A stretch of DNA of 62,520 nucleotides from Nemertoderma westbladi (lineage: Eukaryota > Animalia > Xenacoelomorpha). The notes under the pieces were generated by a model. The model searched no databases. It worked only from the letters and a program-made list of their open reading frames with translations, and was not told the DNA's origin. A program made the position numbers and the translations under genes. The DNA lies in assembly GCA_032718475.1 (NCBI GenBank), contig JAUCBJ010007889.1, positions 1 to 62,520 on the forward strand. The letters are read 5' to 3'. Shown here one piece after another: positions 21,303 through 34,000 of this stretch. How positions within the stretch are numbered: position 1 is the stretch's first letter; every line of letters starts with the position of its first letter.

Positions 21303-22766
21303 GCCCTATTATTCGAAGAGATCCAACGGTCTTTCCAAGCCGAGGAGATCCGGGTCCAACATGCTGTGAGACTTCAAGAGGCAACTGCTAATATGCCGAC
21401 TAAGGAGGAACTAGGATCTTTCTTCAGTTCAGCGATCGTGAGTGAAATTAAAAGCGCGATAAAACAACTTGACGATCCAAAGATCAATCCAACTGATGTG
21501 CCACTTTGGCAAATGCAAAGCCTGCTGTTATGTGAGCTAATTTTGAAACCATCGATTAGACCTGGAGGTGTATTGAATATGACACTAGATGATGTTACAA
21601 AGAGGTGCACTGAGGGAGAGTTTGTAATAATTACTGTACAGGACCACAAAACAAACGGTATTTACGGACCATTGAAAGTTGTCATGTCTGCAGAAGTGTA
21701 TGGACTTCTTAAGAGGTGGATATATTTCGGAAGAAGCCAATATGCTAAAGAAAACTTGTCTGTTCCAAATGTTTTTACAAACACTCAAGGCCATCAACTT
21801 GCAGTTGTGGCACCAAAGCTTCAAGCTCTCTGGTTGGCTGTACTTCCCGATTCGACAAGTACAATAACACCTACAGAAGTCCGGCATGTGGTTTCAACTC
21901 TCAACCAGCAGGAGACAACTACGTATTCTGATCAAAACCTTGTGTGCAGGTAAGAACAGTTCCTTGATTATTATAGTTAGTATTATTATACAGTACCGGC
22001 ATTCTCTTTTTTTTTTATATATATATATAAGGTTCTTTGATTTAGGGGATCAGTTGTTTTAAATTGATGCAATATCTATGCTAGATACCGGTATATAACA
22101 ATTCAATGTAACTTATTTCCAATATTAATTCTAAATAAAGTTCTAAAAGTTTATATTTAGGATCAAGCTTTCAGCCCTGAATAGGGGTATTCTTCAGTAA
22201 AGCGGGATTACAGCGCAACACACACGAAACTGGTGCTTAAATATCTCATAATTTGCGGGTTCTTGTCACATTTATTTTATTATTCATTCATATTTATTAT
22301 TATTATTAAAATGGTATTCTTTAATAATGACTTTATTAATATACTTCAATATTATTAAACAGGTTAGGTTAAGGAATAGGATGTCCTGTCCATGTCCAAA
22401 CCCTAGACTAAAAGTATCCTAAACCCAAACCTATAAAACGAGATATATCTGTTCTAAAACTTACCAGGTTCAGATTGACCTACATAACAAAACCTTTCAT
22501 GCGGTCTCCTTTACCAACAGCCGGTTGTTACAGGCTGTTTTAGATAGAATTTGATGGAATGTTTATTGCATGATAAGAATGAAATAGTGGAATAATAATA
22601 TTTACTCAAAATTTTTAATTTGACATCGTTGTTTTATAGGGCAATGGGGCATTCGATGACGACTCAACGATCTGCTTATGAAGCTTCGTTGTCCAACACT
22701 AGAGCTGCTGATGCGTACCGCATCATTGGAGGATTGATTAATCTACGGAATAAGAACACTGAATAG
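21303..22766 (+). pseudogene. Tyrosine recombinase copy 2; exon to 21949, intron 21950-22639, shortened exon 22640-22766
   Basis: Exon 1 differs from copy 1 by a few residues. Exon 2 reads RAMGHSMTTQRSAYEASLSNTRAADAYRIIGGLINLRNKNTE*. The upstream frame is broken by a small insertion near 21300. Confidence 0.82.
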
Positions 22767-23418
22767 CCTGAAGTTACCTCAGCTTGACTGATATATAATT
22801 AAAATATATTATATTTTAATTAAATATTTTAACTCAAATTATACCGTTACTTCGGTAACAACTCTAATTGTTACTAATGTTTCTATTGAAACTACTAATA
22901 ACTTTTATTAATTCCGTAAACTCCTTTTAGTAATCATTGTTATATTCATGGAATACCTATTAGTAACTTTGTACTTGTTTCACCAATTTTTAGTGGTGGT
23001 ATACTTTTATGTCCATTAAAAATCTATATTATACCGTTAAAACAATATACAGTAGGCTATACTTAAATGTAAATAAATTTTATGATTTTTCAATTCCTAA
23101 CTTCAAATTGTGCTAAATTCCATATATTTATTTAAAACATTACATTGTGCATCTAATATTCTGAATTGTTCTAAAATTCATATTTTTTATTTCGTTTCAT
23201 CTTTATAATTATTACCTTACCTATTATTGTGCTATATATATTCAGAATTGTGCTAAATTCCTTATTTATATTTGTCCGTATCTGTCTCTGATGTCCTACA
23301 ACACACACACACACAGTTTGTCGAGATGCAATAATAAGTAAATTACATTATTAACTACGGTATAATTAACATTTTTTATTTTTGGCTCCTAATAGTCGTA
23401 TTATGAATTTTAATACCT

Positions 23419-25092
23419 ATAGTCAGTTGTTTTAGCTTTTAGATACTCAGTTAAATATAGTCAGTTGTTTTAGCTTTTAGATACTCAGTTAAATATAGTC
23501 AGTTGTTTTAGCTTTTAGATACTCAGTTGTTCAATATAGTCAGTTGTTTTAGCTTTTAGATACTCAGTTGTTCAATATAGTCAGTTGTTTTAGCTTTTAG
23601 ATACTCAGTTGTTCAATATAGTCAGTTGTTTTAGCTTTTAGATACTCAGTTAAATATAGTCAGTTGTTTTAGCTTTTAGATACTCAGTTAAATATAGTCA
23701 GTTGTTTTAGCTTTTAGATACTCAGTTGTTCAATATAGTCAGTTGTTTTAGCTTTTAGATACTCAGTTAAATATAGTCAGTTGTTTTAGCTTTTAGATAC
23801 TCAGTTAAATATAGTCAGTTGTTTTAGCTTTTAGATACTCAGTTGTTCAATATAGTCAGTTGTTTTAGCTTTTAGATACTCAGTTTAATATAGTCAGTTG
23901 TTTTAGCTTTTAGATACTCAGTTGTTCAATATAGTCAGTTGTTTTAGCTTTTAGATACTCAGTTAAATATAGTCAGTTGTTTTAGCTTTTAGATACTCAG
24001 TTAAATATAGTCAGTTGTTTTAGCTTTTAGATACTCAGTTGTTCAATATAGTCAGTTGTTTTAGCTTTTAGATACTCAGTTAAATATAGTCAGTTGTTTT
24101 AGCTTTTAGATACTCAGTTGTTCAATATAGTCAGTTGTTTTAGCTTTTAGATACTCAGTTAAATATAGTCAGTTGTTTTAGCTTTTAGATACTCAGTTTA
24201 ATATAGTCAGTTGTTTTAGCTTTTAGATACTCAGTTAAATATAGTCAGTTGTTTTAGCTTTTAGATACTCAGTTTAATATAGTCAGTTGTTTTAGCTTTT
24301 AGATACTCAGTTAAATATAGTCAGTTGTTTTAGCTTTTAGATACTCAGTTAAATATAGTCAGTTGTTTTAGCTTTTAGATACTCAGTTAAATATAGTCAG
24401 TTGTTTTAGCTTTTAGATACTCAGTTAAATATAGTCAGTTGTTTTAGCTTTTAGATACTCAGTTAAATATAGTCAGTTGTTTTAGCTTTTAGATACTCAG
24501 TTTAATATAGTCAGTTGTTTTAGCTTTTAGATACTCAGTTAAATATAGTCAGTTGTTTTAGCTTTTAGATACTCAGTTAAATATAGTCAGTTGTTTTAGC
24601 TTTTAGATACTCAGTTTAATATAGTCAGTTGTTTTAGCTTTTAGATACTCAGTTGTTCAATATAGTCAGTTGTTTTAGCTTTTAGATACTCAGTTAAATA
24701 TAGTCAGTTGTTTTAGCTTTTAGATACTCAGTTTAATATAGTCAGTTGTTTTAGCTTTTAGATACTCAGTTAAATATAGTCAGTTGTTTTAGCTTTTAGA
24801 TACTCAGTTAAATATAGTCAGTTGTTTTAGCTTTTAGATACTCAGTTGTTCAATATAGTCAGTTGTTTTAGCTTTTAGATACTCAGTTAAATATAGTCAG
24901 TTGTTTTAGCTTTTAGATACTCAGTTTAATATAGTCAGTTGTTTTAGCTTTTAGATACTCAGTTGTTCAATATAGTCAGTTGTTTTAGCTTTTAGATACT
25001 CAGTTAAATATAGTCAGTTGTTTTAGCTTTTAGATACTCAGTTGTTCAATATAGTCAGTTGTTTTAGCTTTTAGATACTCAGTTGTTCAATA
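23419..25092. repeat. 38/41-bp minisatellite, roughly 43 copies
   Basis: Same unit as 15680-16216, plus a 41-bp variant ending CAGTTGTTCAAT. Confidence 0.95.
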
Positions 25093-25529
25093 CTCTGTTT
25101 AATATATACTCCGTTGTTCAATACTCCGTTTTATATGCGGGTCTCGGTCTACGGTTAAGCGGTTCGGTTGGTGAATGCTGGGTGAACCTAGCTTTTGTTA
25201 GCTTTGAATGCTAACAAGCTAACCTTTGTATCAATAAATTAAATAAATAACTAAATAGAAAATAATATTTACAATAAACAAGAAAGTTCTAAGATTTAGT
25301 TCTATAGAATTAACCACATGACACCCCCTCCCCCCCCCCCCCCCCCCCCCAAGTGCAAAAACAGCAGTTTTGTCACAAATTTATATCTAGACCCTCTTCC
25401 TCATTAATCGTGATGACATTTATAAATCTATAAATATTTATAAAAATATCTTGCCATCGTAAATTGGTGGCCTATTTAGTTCTCTAGCATTGTCCACATG
25501 ACACCACCACCACCACCCCAGTAATAATT

Positions 25530-25920
25530 AGAACCAGTCATTCGATTCATCTGATATTTGGTAGGAGTGGTAAGTCTCGTGCTGCGCGAATACTCCAGCC
25601 CGTATGTGCAAGATAAGGTTGATATCGACTTCGACTAATACCGCTAATTAATATTTTTTTCAGTTAATTTGATTAGGTACTAATCAATTTGGATTGAAAT
25701 CGGGCCATTTTAATCAATGTATATTTATGGCCCTAATGTTGTTAATCTCATTCTTTATGATAGTAAAAATGGCCCCTTCTTCGGGTCATTTTATTTAATA
25801 AATCAATTTTGAAACAAGTGGGCCACTCAAATTCTCAGCTCAGTTTATTTGTAGGATCAAATTGGATTCAAAAGGGCCACTGTATAATGGCCCTAATGTT
25901 ATTTATCTCATTTTCAGTTC
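25530..25920. repeat. Diverged copies of the 668-bp satellite monomer in the right subterminal region
   Basis: GATTCATCTGA.ATTTGGTAGGAGTG, GGCCCTAATGT...ATCTCATTCTTTATGATAGTAAA, AATAAATCAATTTTGAAACAA, in the same orientation as 8276-13083. Confidence 0.8.
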
Positions 25921-26559
25921 GGCCCGTTTCCTTCTCAACTAATTTGATAAATTTCATATGAAGTCACATCAAATAGGGCCTGTTATGGCCCTTTCTTTCT
26001 TCACTATATAGTAAGCTCAGTTCGGGCCAATGATATATTATTCCAGACAGTAAGAGGGCCAATTTTGGCAAATTTTGGCCCTTTTGACTTTTTTGGCCCT
26101 AATTCCATTTTATACATTTTGGTAAGTGGCCCGAAAATTGTGTTTTCATTTAGTAATAAAATGAAGGTGCATAACTTTTTAGAGGAAGGATATACACAAA
26201 GGGCCATCCAAGCCCGTTTGCGGTTTCGGGCTAAAGGGCCAAAAAGGGGCTAAAGGGCCACTTTTTAATACCCCCCAAGTCGCAATAGGGCCACTTTTGA
26301 TATACAAAAGTGGCCCTTCAGCCCGAACGTATATCTATATATATATATAATATAATATATAATATATAATGTAATTATACAAGTTATATTGAATGCAGCC
26401 TACGCGCAGCACGTCAGTGTCTAAATACACATTGCAAAGCAACATGGTTCCATTGATTACATGTTTCACCACCTCTAATAGTAAATTTGACTACTCAACT
26501 TTCTACAAAGTAATCACTTTAGTAGTAGTGGAAGTAAAAGTGCATCAGAGCCGCATGCA

Positions 26560-27100
26560 GTTCTATAGTCTACCACTAGAGGGTCTATTATCAGAAAATT
26601 AACATCTTCTCTAAATTTGTTATTTACAATCCACTTAGGTTTAAACTCTGTAGGCATCTACTATATCATAGGCTATATCATTTATAGAGTCGCAGAGTAG
26701 TCGGCAGTTCTACCGCTGGAGGTCGTATTATTTCAAAATTAACATCTTCTCTAACTTTGTTATTTTCATTCGAATTTGGTTTAATCTCGGTAGGCATCTA
26801 CTATATCATAGGCTATATCTTTTACGGAGTCACAGCGTAGTCGGCAGTTCTACCGCTGGAGGGCGTATTATTTCAAAATTAACATCTTCTCTAACTTTGT
26901 TATTTACAATCCGCAAAACTATGAAGCTATATTGCTTAAGAGTTCTGAGGGGCGAGCCTTGAAGCAAGATGTTTGAGACTTATTTAGATATATTGTTACT
27001 TAATTTTGACCTCCAGTCGGTATCTATTACAATATGGGCTATATCTTTTATGGAGTCATAGAGTAGTCTGAAGTTCCCCAGTCTGCCGCTAGAGGGCGAA
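26560..27100. repeat. Diverged 140-bp tandem repeat (~3.5 copies), each with a CTCF-consensus-like motif
   Basis: AAAATTAACATCTTCTCTAA at 26595, 26735 and 26875; motifs CCACTAGAGGG, CCGCTGGAGGGCG, CCGCTAGAGGGCG. Confidence 0.7.
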
Positions 27101-27196
27101 ATGTCTCAAGTGAAAACCGTTCAGTAGCTATGAATTGGTTACTAGGCAATAATTCTGCATTTTGTATAGTTAGGCCTATTGCTGACCGAACGAAAT

Positions 27197-27270
27197 CTGC
27201 CCCGATCCATGCGGGGATCGAACCCATGACCTATGGGAGATGTGAATTCAACGCAACCACTACACCAAGG
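27197..27270 (-). mobile_element. tRNA-derived SINE-like head (Pol III A and B boxes)
   Basis: Minus strand TGGTGTAGTGG (A box) ... GGGTTCGATCCCCG (B box) at tRNA-like spacing; no intact cloverleaf. Confidence 0.5.
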
Positions 27271-28033
27271 TGGTAACGTTCGAATTTGTTCGTTAACGTT
27301 CGAATTTGTAAGACTCTGATTTAAGACCTGAGGCAGTCCTAAAGTCTCGAGTTTTAGGTCTGAGGCATAGACTATGCCTCACTGAGGCACAGACTATGCC
27401 TCACTGAGGCACAGACTATTGAAAAATTGAACAGAACAAACGTTGAAAAATTCATGAAACTGTTATTATTGACCTGAATTTTTGTAGGAGTTTTGATTTG
27501 CATGAACGATGTTCTATTTGAATTCATGTTGGATTTTGTGCTCATAAACAGTGTATGTTGCATAAACAATCAGGGGATGATCAAGTGATACAGGAAATTA
27601 GGAAACAACATTAGGCCTACGCTGTTCCCATAAAATCTGACTTCCGTCCCTCGTTTTAATTTAAAACTTACTCGCTTTGCTCGACCATTAAAATAATAAC
27701 ACTCCGGATCGGCGTCAGTATAAGTCATGCATACATGTACGCAATATAATAAATTAGTTAGTATAATGTGCTTAAACCTACGTTTAATATAAAATGCTAA
27801 CAATGGGAAAGTTAGGACCATTGAATCTGTGCACTTTTTTCAAAAGTTGCCGAATTGGCGAAATTGCGATCATACCTTTTTGACCCTAAAAATATATAAA
27901 TTTGACATTAAGGATACATTTTCTGAGTGGTGTTCGCACTTTGAGTTAGCACTATTTTAGTGTTAGCACTTTATATAGAAACTTCTCACTTAAAGTTAGC
28001 GCGCTGGGTAATTCGTAAACACCCGCGACTAGA

Positions 28034-31000
28034 TTCTGTGTGCGAGGAGTCCAGCAACATGTTGCAGCAACAAGTTACTAGCATGAGAGGAGTCCAGCAA
28101 CAAGTTTCTGTGTGTGAGGAGTCCAGCAAACAAGTCTCTGTGTGTGAGGAGTCCAGCAACAAGTTTCTGTGTGTGAGGAGTCCAGCAAGAAGTTTCTCAC
28201 GTGTGAGGAGTCCATCAACAAGTTACTAGCATGTGAGGAGTCCAGCAACAAGTTACTAGCATGTGAGAAGTCCAGCAACAAGTTTCCCACGTGTGAGGGG
28301 TCTAGCAACATGTTTCTGTCTGCGAGGAGTCCAGCAAAAAGTTTCTGTGTGCGAGGAGTCCAGCAATATGCTGCAGCAACAAGTCACTAGCATGTGAGGA
28401 GTTCAGCAACAAGTTTCTGTGTGTGAGGAGTCCAGCAAACAAGTCTCTGTGTGTGAGGGGTCCATCAACAAGTTACTAGCATGTGAGGAGTCCAGCAACA
28501 AGTTACTAGCATGTGAGAAGTCCAGCAACAAGTTTCCCACGTGTGAGAAGTCCAGCAACAAGTTTCTGTGTGTGAGGAGTCCAGCAACAAGTTTCCCACA
28601 TGTGAGGGGTCTAGCAACAAGTTTCTGTGTGCGAAGAGTCCAGCAACAAGTTTCTGTGTGTGAGGAGTCCAGCAACAAGTTTCCCACGTGTGAGGAGTCC
28701 AGCAACAAGTTTCCCACGTGTGAGGAGTCCAGCAACAAGTTTCTGTGTGTGAGGAGTCCAGCAACAAGTTTCTGTGTGTGAGGAGTCCAGCAACCAGTTT
28801 CTGTGTGTGAGGAGTCCAGCAACAAGTTTCTGTGTGTGAGGAGTCCAGCAACAAGTTTCTGTGTGTGAGGAGTCCAGCAACCAGTTTCTGTGTGTGAGGG
28901 GTCTAGCAACATGTTTCTGTGTGCGAGGAGTCCAGCAACATGTTGCAGCAACAAGTTACTAGCATGCGAGGAGTCCAGCAACAAATTTCTGTGTGTGAGG
29001 AGTCCAGCAAACAAGTTTCTGTGTGCGAGGAGTCCAGCAAACAAGTTTCTGTGTGCGAGGAGTCCAGCAAACAAGTTTCTGTGTGCGAGGAGTACAGCAA
29101 CATGTTGCAGCAACAAGTTACTAGCATGCGAGGAGTCCAGCAACAAATTTCTGTGTGTGAGGAGTCCAGCAAACAAGTTTCTGTGTGCGAGGAGTCCAGC
29201 AAACAAGTTTCTGTGTGCGAGGAGTCCAGCAACATGTTGCAGCAACAAGTTACTAGCATGTGAGGAGTCCAGCAACAAATTTCTGTGTGTGAGGAGTCCA
29301 GCAACAAGTTTATGTGTGTGATGAGTCCAGCATCAAGTTTCCCACGTGTGAGGGGTCTAGCAACATGTTTCTGTGTGCGAGGAGTCCAGCAAAAAGTTTC
29401 TGTGTGCGAGGAGTCCAGCAAACAAGTTTCTGTGTGCGAGGAGTCCAGCAACATGTTGCAGCAACAAGTTACTAGCATGCGAGGAGTCCAGCAACAAATT
29501 TCTGTGTGTGAGGAGTCCAGCAAACAAGTTTCTGTGTGCGAGGAGTCCAGCAAACAAGTTTCTGTGTGCGAGGAGTCCAGCAACATGTTGCAGCAACAAG
29601 TTACTAGCATGCGAGGAGTCCAGCAACAAATTTCTGTGTGTGAGGAGTCCAGCAAACAAGTTTCTGTGTGTGAGGAGTCCAGCAACAAGTTTATGTGTGT
29701 GAGGAGTCCAGCAACATGTTGCAGCAACAAGTTACTAGCATGCGAGGAGTCCAGCAACAAATTTCTGTGTGTGAGGAGTCCAGCAAACAAGTTTCTGTGT
29801 GTGAGGAGTCCAGCAACAAGTTTATGTGTGTGAGGAGTCCAGCAACATGTTGCAGCAACAAGTTACTAGCATGTGAGAAGTCCAGCAACAAGTTTCTGTG
29901 TGTGAGGAGTCCAGCAACAAGTTTATGTGTGTGAGGAGTCCAGCAACATGTTGCAGCAACAAGTTACTAGCATGTGAGGAGTCCTGCAACAAGTTTCTGT
30001 GTGCGAGGAGTCCAGCAACATGTTGCAGCAACAAGTTACTAGCATGCGAGGAGTCCAGCAACAAATTTCTGTGTGTGAGGAGTCCAGCAAACAAGTTTCT
30101 GTGTGCGAGGAGTCCAGCAAACAAGTTTCTGTGTGCGAGGAGTCCAGCAACATGTTGCAGCAACAAGTTACTAGCATGCGAGGAGTCCAGCAACAAATTT
30201 CTGTGTGTGAGGAGTCCAGCAAACAAGTTTCTGTGTGCGAGGAGTCCAGCAAACAAGTTTCTGTGTGCGAGGAGTCCAGCAACATGTTGCAGCAACAAGT
30301 TACTAGCATGCGAGGAGTCCAGCAACAAATTTCTGTGTGTGAGGAGTCCAGCAAACAAGTTTCTGTGTGTGAGGAGTCCAGCAACAAGTTTATGTGTGTG
30401 AGGAGTCCAGCAACATGTTGCAGCAACAAGTTACTAGCATGCGAGGAGTCCAGCAACAAATTTCTGTGTGTGAGGAGTCCAGCAAACAAGTTTCTGTGTG
30501 TGAGGAGTCCAGCAACAAGTTTATGTGTGTGAGGAGTCCAGCAACATGTTGCAGCAACAAGTTACTAGCATGTGAGGAGTCCTGCAACAAGTTTCTGTGT
30601 GCGAGGAGTCCAGCAACATGTTGCAGCAACAAGTTACTAGCATGCGAGGAGTCCAGCAACAAATTTCTGTGTGTGAGGAGTCCAGCAAACAAGTTTCTGT
30701 GTGCGAGGAGTCCAGCAAACAAGTTTCTGTGTGCGAGGAGTCCAGCAACATGTTGCAGCAACAAGTTACTAGCATGCGAGGAGTCCAGCAACAAATTTCT
30801 GTGTGTGAGGAGTCCAGCAAACAAGTTTCTGTGTGCGAGGAGTCCAGCAAACAAGTTTCTGTGTGCGAGGAGTCCAGCAACATGTTGCAGCAACAAGTTA
30901 CTAGCATGCGAGGAGTCCAGCAACAAATTTCTGTGTGTGAGGAGTCCAGCAAACAAGTTTCTGTGTGTGAGGAGTCCAGCAACAAGTTTATGTGTGTGAG

Positions 31001-34000
31001 GAGTCCAGCAACATGTTGCAGCAACAAGTTACTAGCATGCGAGGAGTCCAGCAACAAATTTCTGTGTGTGAGGAGTCCAGCAAACAAGTTTCTGTGTGTG
31101 AGGAGTCCAGCAACAAGTTTATGTGTGTGAGGAGTCCAGCAACATGTTGCAGCAACAAGTTACTAGCATGTGAGGAGTCCTGCAACAAGTTTCTGTGTGC
31201 GAGGAGTCCAGCAACAAGTTTCTGTGTGTGAGGGGGTCCAGCAACAAGTTTATGTGTGTGAGGAGTCCAGCAAACAAGTTTCTGTGTGCGAGGAGTCCAG
31301 CAAACAAGTTTCTGTGTGCGAGGAGTCCAGCAACATGTTGCAGCAACAAGTTACTAGCATGCGAGGAGTCCAGCAACAAATTTCTGTGTGTGAGGAGTCC
31401 AGCAAACAAGTTTCTGTGTGCGAGGAGTCCAGCAAACAAGTTTCTGTGTGCGAGGAGTCCAGCAACATGTTGCAGCAACAAGTTACTAGCATGCGAGGAG
31501 TCCAGCAACAAATTTCTGTGTGCGAGGAGTCCAGCAAACAAGTTTCTGTGTGCGAGGAGTCCAGCAACATGTTGCAGCAACAAGTTACTAGCATGCGAGG
31601 AGTCCAGCAACAAATTTCTGTGTGTGAGGAGTCCAGCAAACAAGTCTCTGTGTGCGAGGAGTCCAGCAAACAAGTTTCTGTGTGCGAGGAGTCCAGCAAC
31701 ATGTTGCAGCAACAAGTTACTAGCATGTGAGGAGTCCAGCAACAAGTTACTAGCATGTGAGAAGTCCAGCAACAAGTTTATGTGTGTGAGGAGTCCAGCA
31801 ACAAGTTTCTGTGTGTGAGGAGTCCAGCAACATGTTGCAGCAACAAGTTACTAGCATGTGAGGAGTCCAGCAACAAGTTACTAGCATGTGAGAAGTCCAG
31901 CAACAAGTTTATGTGTGTGATGAGTCCAGCAACAAGTTTCCCACGTGTGAGGAGTCCAGCAACATGTTGCAGCAACAAGTTACTAGCATGCGAGGAGTCC
32001 AGCAACAAGTTACTAGCATGTGAGAAGTCCAGCAACAAGTTTCCCACGTGTGAGGAGTCCAGCAACATGATGCAGCAACAAGTTACTAGCATGCGAGGAG
32101 TCCAGCAACAAGTTACTAGCATCTGAGAAGTCCAGCAACAAGTTACTAGCATGTGAGAAGTCCAGCAACAAGTTACTAGCATGCGAGGAGTCCAGCAACA
32201 AGTTACTAGTATGTGAGAAGTCCAGCAACAAGTTTATGTGTGTGATGAGTCCAGCAACAAGTTTCCCACGTGTGAGGAGTCCAGCAACATGTTGCAGCAA
32301 CAAGTTACTAGCATGCGAGGAGTCCAGCAACAAGTTACTAGCATGTGAGAAGTCCAGCAAAATGTTGCAGCAACAAGTTACTAGCATGTGAGGAGTCCAG
32401 CAACAAGTTTATGTGTGTGAGGAGTCCAGCAACAAGTTTCTGTGTGTGAGGAGTCCAGCAACAAGTTGGAGCAACAAGTTACTAGCATGTGAGAAGTCCA
32501 GCAACAAGTTTCTGTGTGTGAGGAGTCCAGCAACAAGTTTCTGTGTGTGAGGAGTCCAGCAATAAGTTTCCCACATGTGAGGGGTCTAGCAACATGTTTC
32601 TGTGTGCGAGGAGTCCAGCAACAAGTTTCTGTGTGTGAGGAGTCCAGCAATAAGTTTCCCACATGTGAGGAGTCCAGCAACAAGTTTCTGTGTGTGAGGA
32701 GTCCAGCAACAAGTTTCTCACGTGTGAGGAGTCCAGCAACAAGTTGGAGCAACAAGTTACTAGCATGTGAGAAGTCCAGCAACAAGTTTCTGTGTGTGAG
32801 GAGTCCAGCAACAAGTTTCCCACATGTGAGGGGTCTAGCAACATGTTTCTGTGTGCGAGGAGTCCAGCAACAAGTTTCTGTGTGTGAGGAGTCCAGCAAC
32901 AAGTTTCTGTGTGCGAGGAGTCCAGCAAAAAGTTTCTGTGTGCGAGGAGTCCAGCAAACAAGTTTCTGTGTGCGAGGAGTCCAGCAACAAGTTCCCCGTG
33001 TGTGAGGAGTCCAGCAACAAGTTTCTGTGTGTGAGGAGTCCAGCAACAAGTTTCCCACGTGTGAGGAGTCCAGCAACAAGTTACTAGCATGCGAGGAGTC
33101 CAGCAACAAGTTTCTGTGTGCGAGGAGTCCAGCAACAAGTTTATGTGTGTGAGGAGTCCAGCAACAAGTTTATGTGTGTGAGGAGTCCAGCAACAAGTTT
33201 CTGTGTGTGAGGAGTCCAGCAATAAGTTTCCCACATGTGAGGAGTCCAGCAACAAGTTTCTGTGTGTGAGGAGTCCAGCAACAAGTTTATGTGTGTGAGG
33301 AGTCCAGCAACAAGTTTCTGTGTGTGAGGAGTCCAGCAATAAGTTTCCCACATGTGAGGAGTCCAGCAACAAGTTTCTGTGTGTGAGGAGTCCAGCAATA
33401 AGTTTCCCACATGTGAGGGGTCTAGCAACATGTTTCTGTGTGCGAGGAGTCCAGCAATAAGTTTCCCACATGTGAGGAGTCCAGCAACAAGTTTCTGTGT
33501 GTGAGGAGTCCAGCAACAAGTTTCTGTGTGTGAGGAGTCCAGCAATAAGTTTCCCACATGTGAGGAGTCCAGCAACAAGTTTCTGTGTGTGAGGAGTCCA
33601 GCAATAAGTTTCCCACATGTGAGGGGTCTAGCAACATGTTTCTGTGTGCGAGGAGTCCAGCAACAAGTTTCTGTGTGTGAGGAGTCCAGCAATAAGTTTC
33701 CCACATGTGAGGAGTCCAGCAACAAGTTTCTGTGTGTGAGGAGTCCAGCAATAAGTTTCCCACATGTGAGGGGTCTAGCAACATGTTTCTGTGTGCGAGG
33801 AGTCCAGCAACAAGTTTCTGTGTGTGAGGAGTCCAGCAATAAGTTTCCCACATGTGAGGAGTCCAGCAACAAGTTTCTGTGTGTGAGGAGTCCAGCAATA
33901 AGTTTCCCACATGTGAGGGGTCTAGCAACAAGTTTCTGTGTGCGAGGAGTCCAGCAACAAGTTTCTGTGTGTGAGGAGTCCAGCAACATGTTTCTCACGT

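Larger units (their letters stand above)
21281..25092 (+). repeat. Near-identical direct duplication of 13110-16216 (YR exons, intron, 3' region and minisatellite)
   Basis: Sequence is colinear, including the intron. It differs by a 447-bp deletion in exon 2, small indels at the 5' end and array length. Confidence 0.92.
8007..26331 (+). mobile_element. ~18.3-kb Crypton-like (tyrosine recombinase) DNA element with imperfect TIRs, flanked by (TA)n
   Basis: Left end TACGTTCTGCCTAAAGGGCCA (8007-8027) matches the reverse complement of the right end TACGTTCGGGCTGAAGGGCCA (26311-26331) at 18/21. TA runs lie outside both ends, GGGCC/GGCCC motifs are dense in both subterminal regions, and YR coding sequence lies inside. 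Confidence 0.65.

Noticed and set aside
15680-25092. 38-bp repeats as CRISPR direct repeats
   Set aside because: Head-to-tail units with no unique spacers.
26332-26602. Continuation of the truncated exonuclease ORF beyond the Crypton-like element
   Set aside because: Sequence is AT-rich simple repeat and a short ORF with no ExoIII-like motif.
27197-27270. Functional tRNA gene
   Set aside because: A and B boxes are present, but acceptor and anticodon stems do not pair convincingly.
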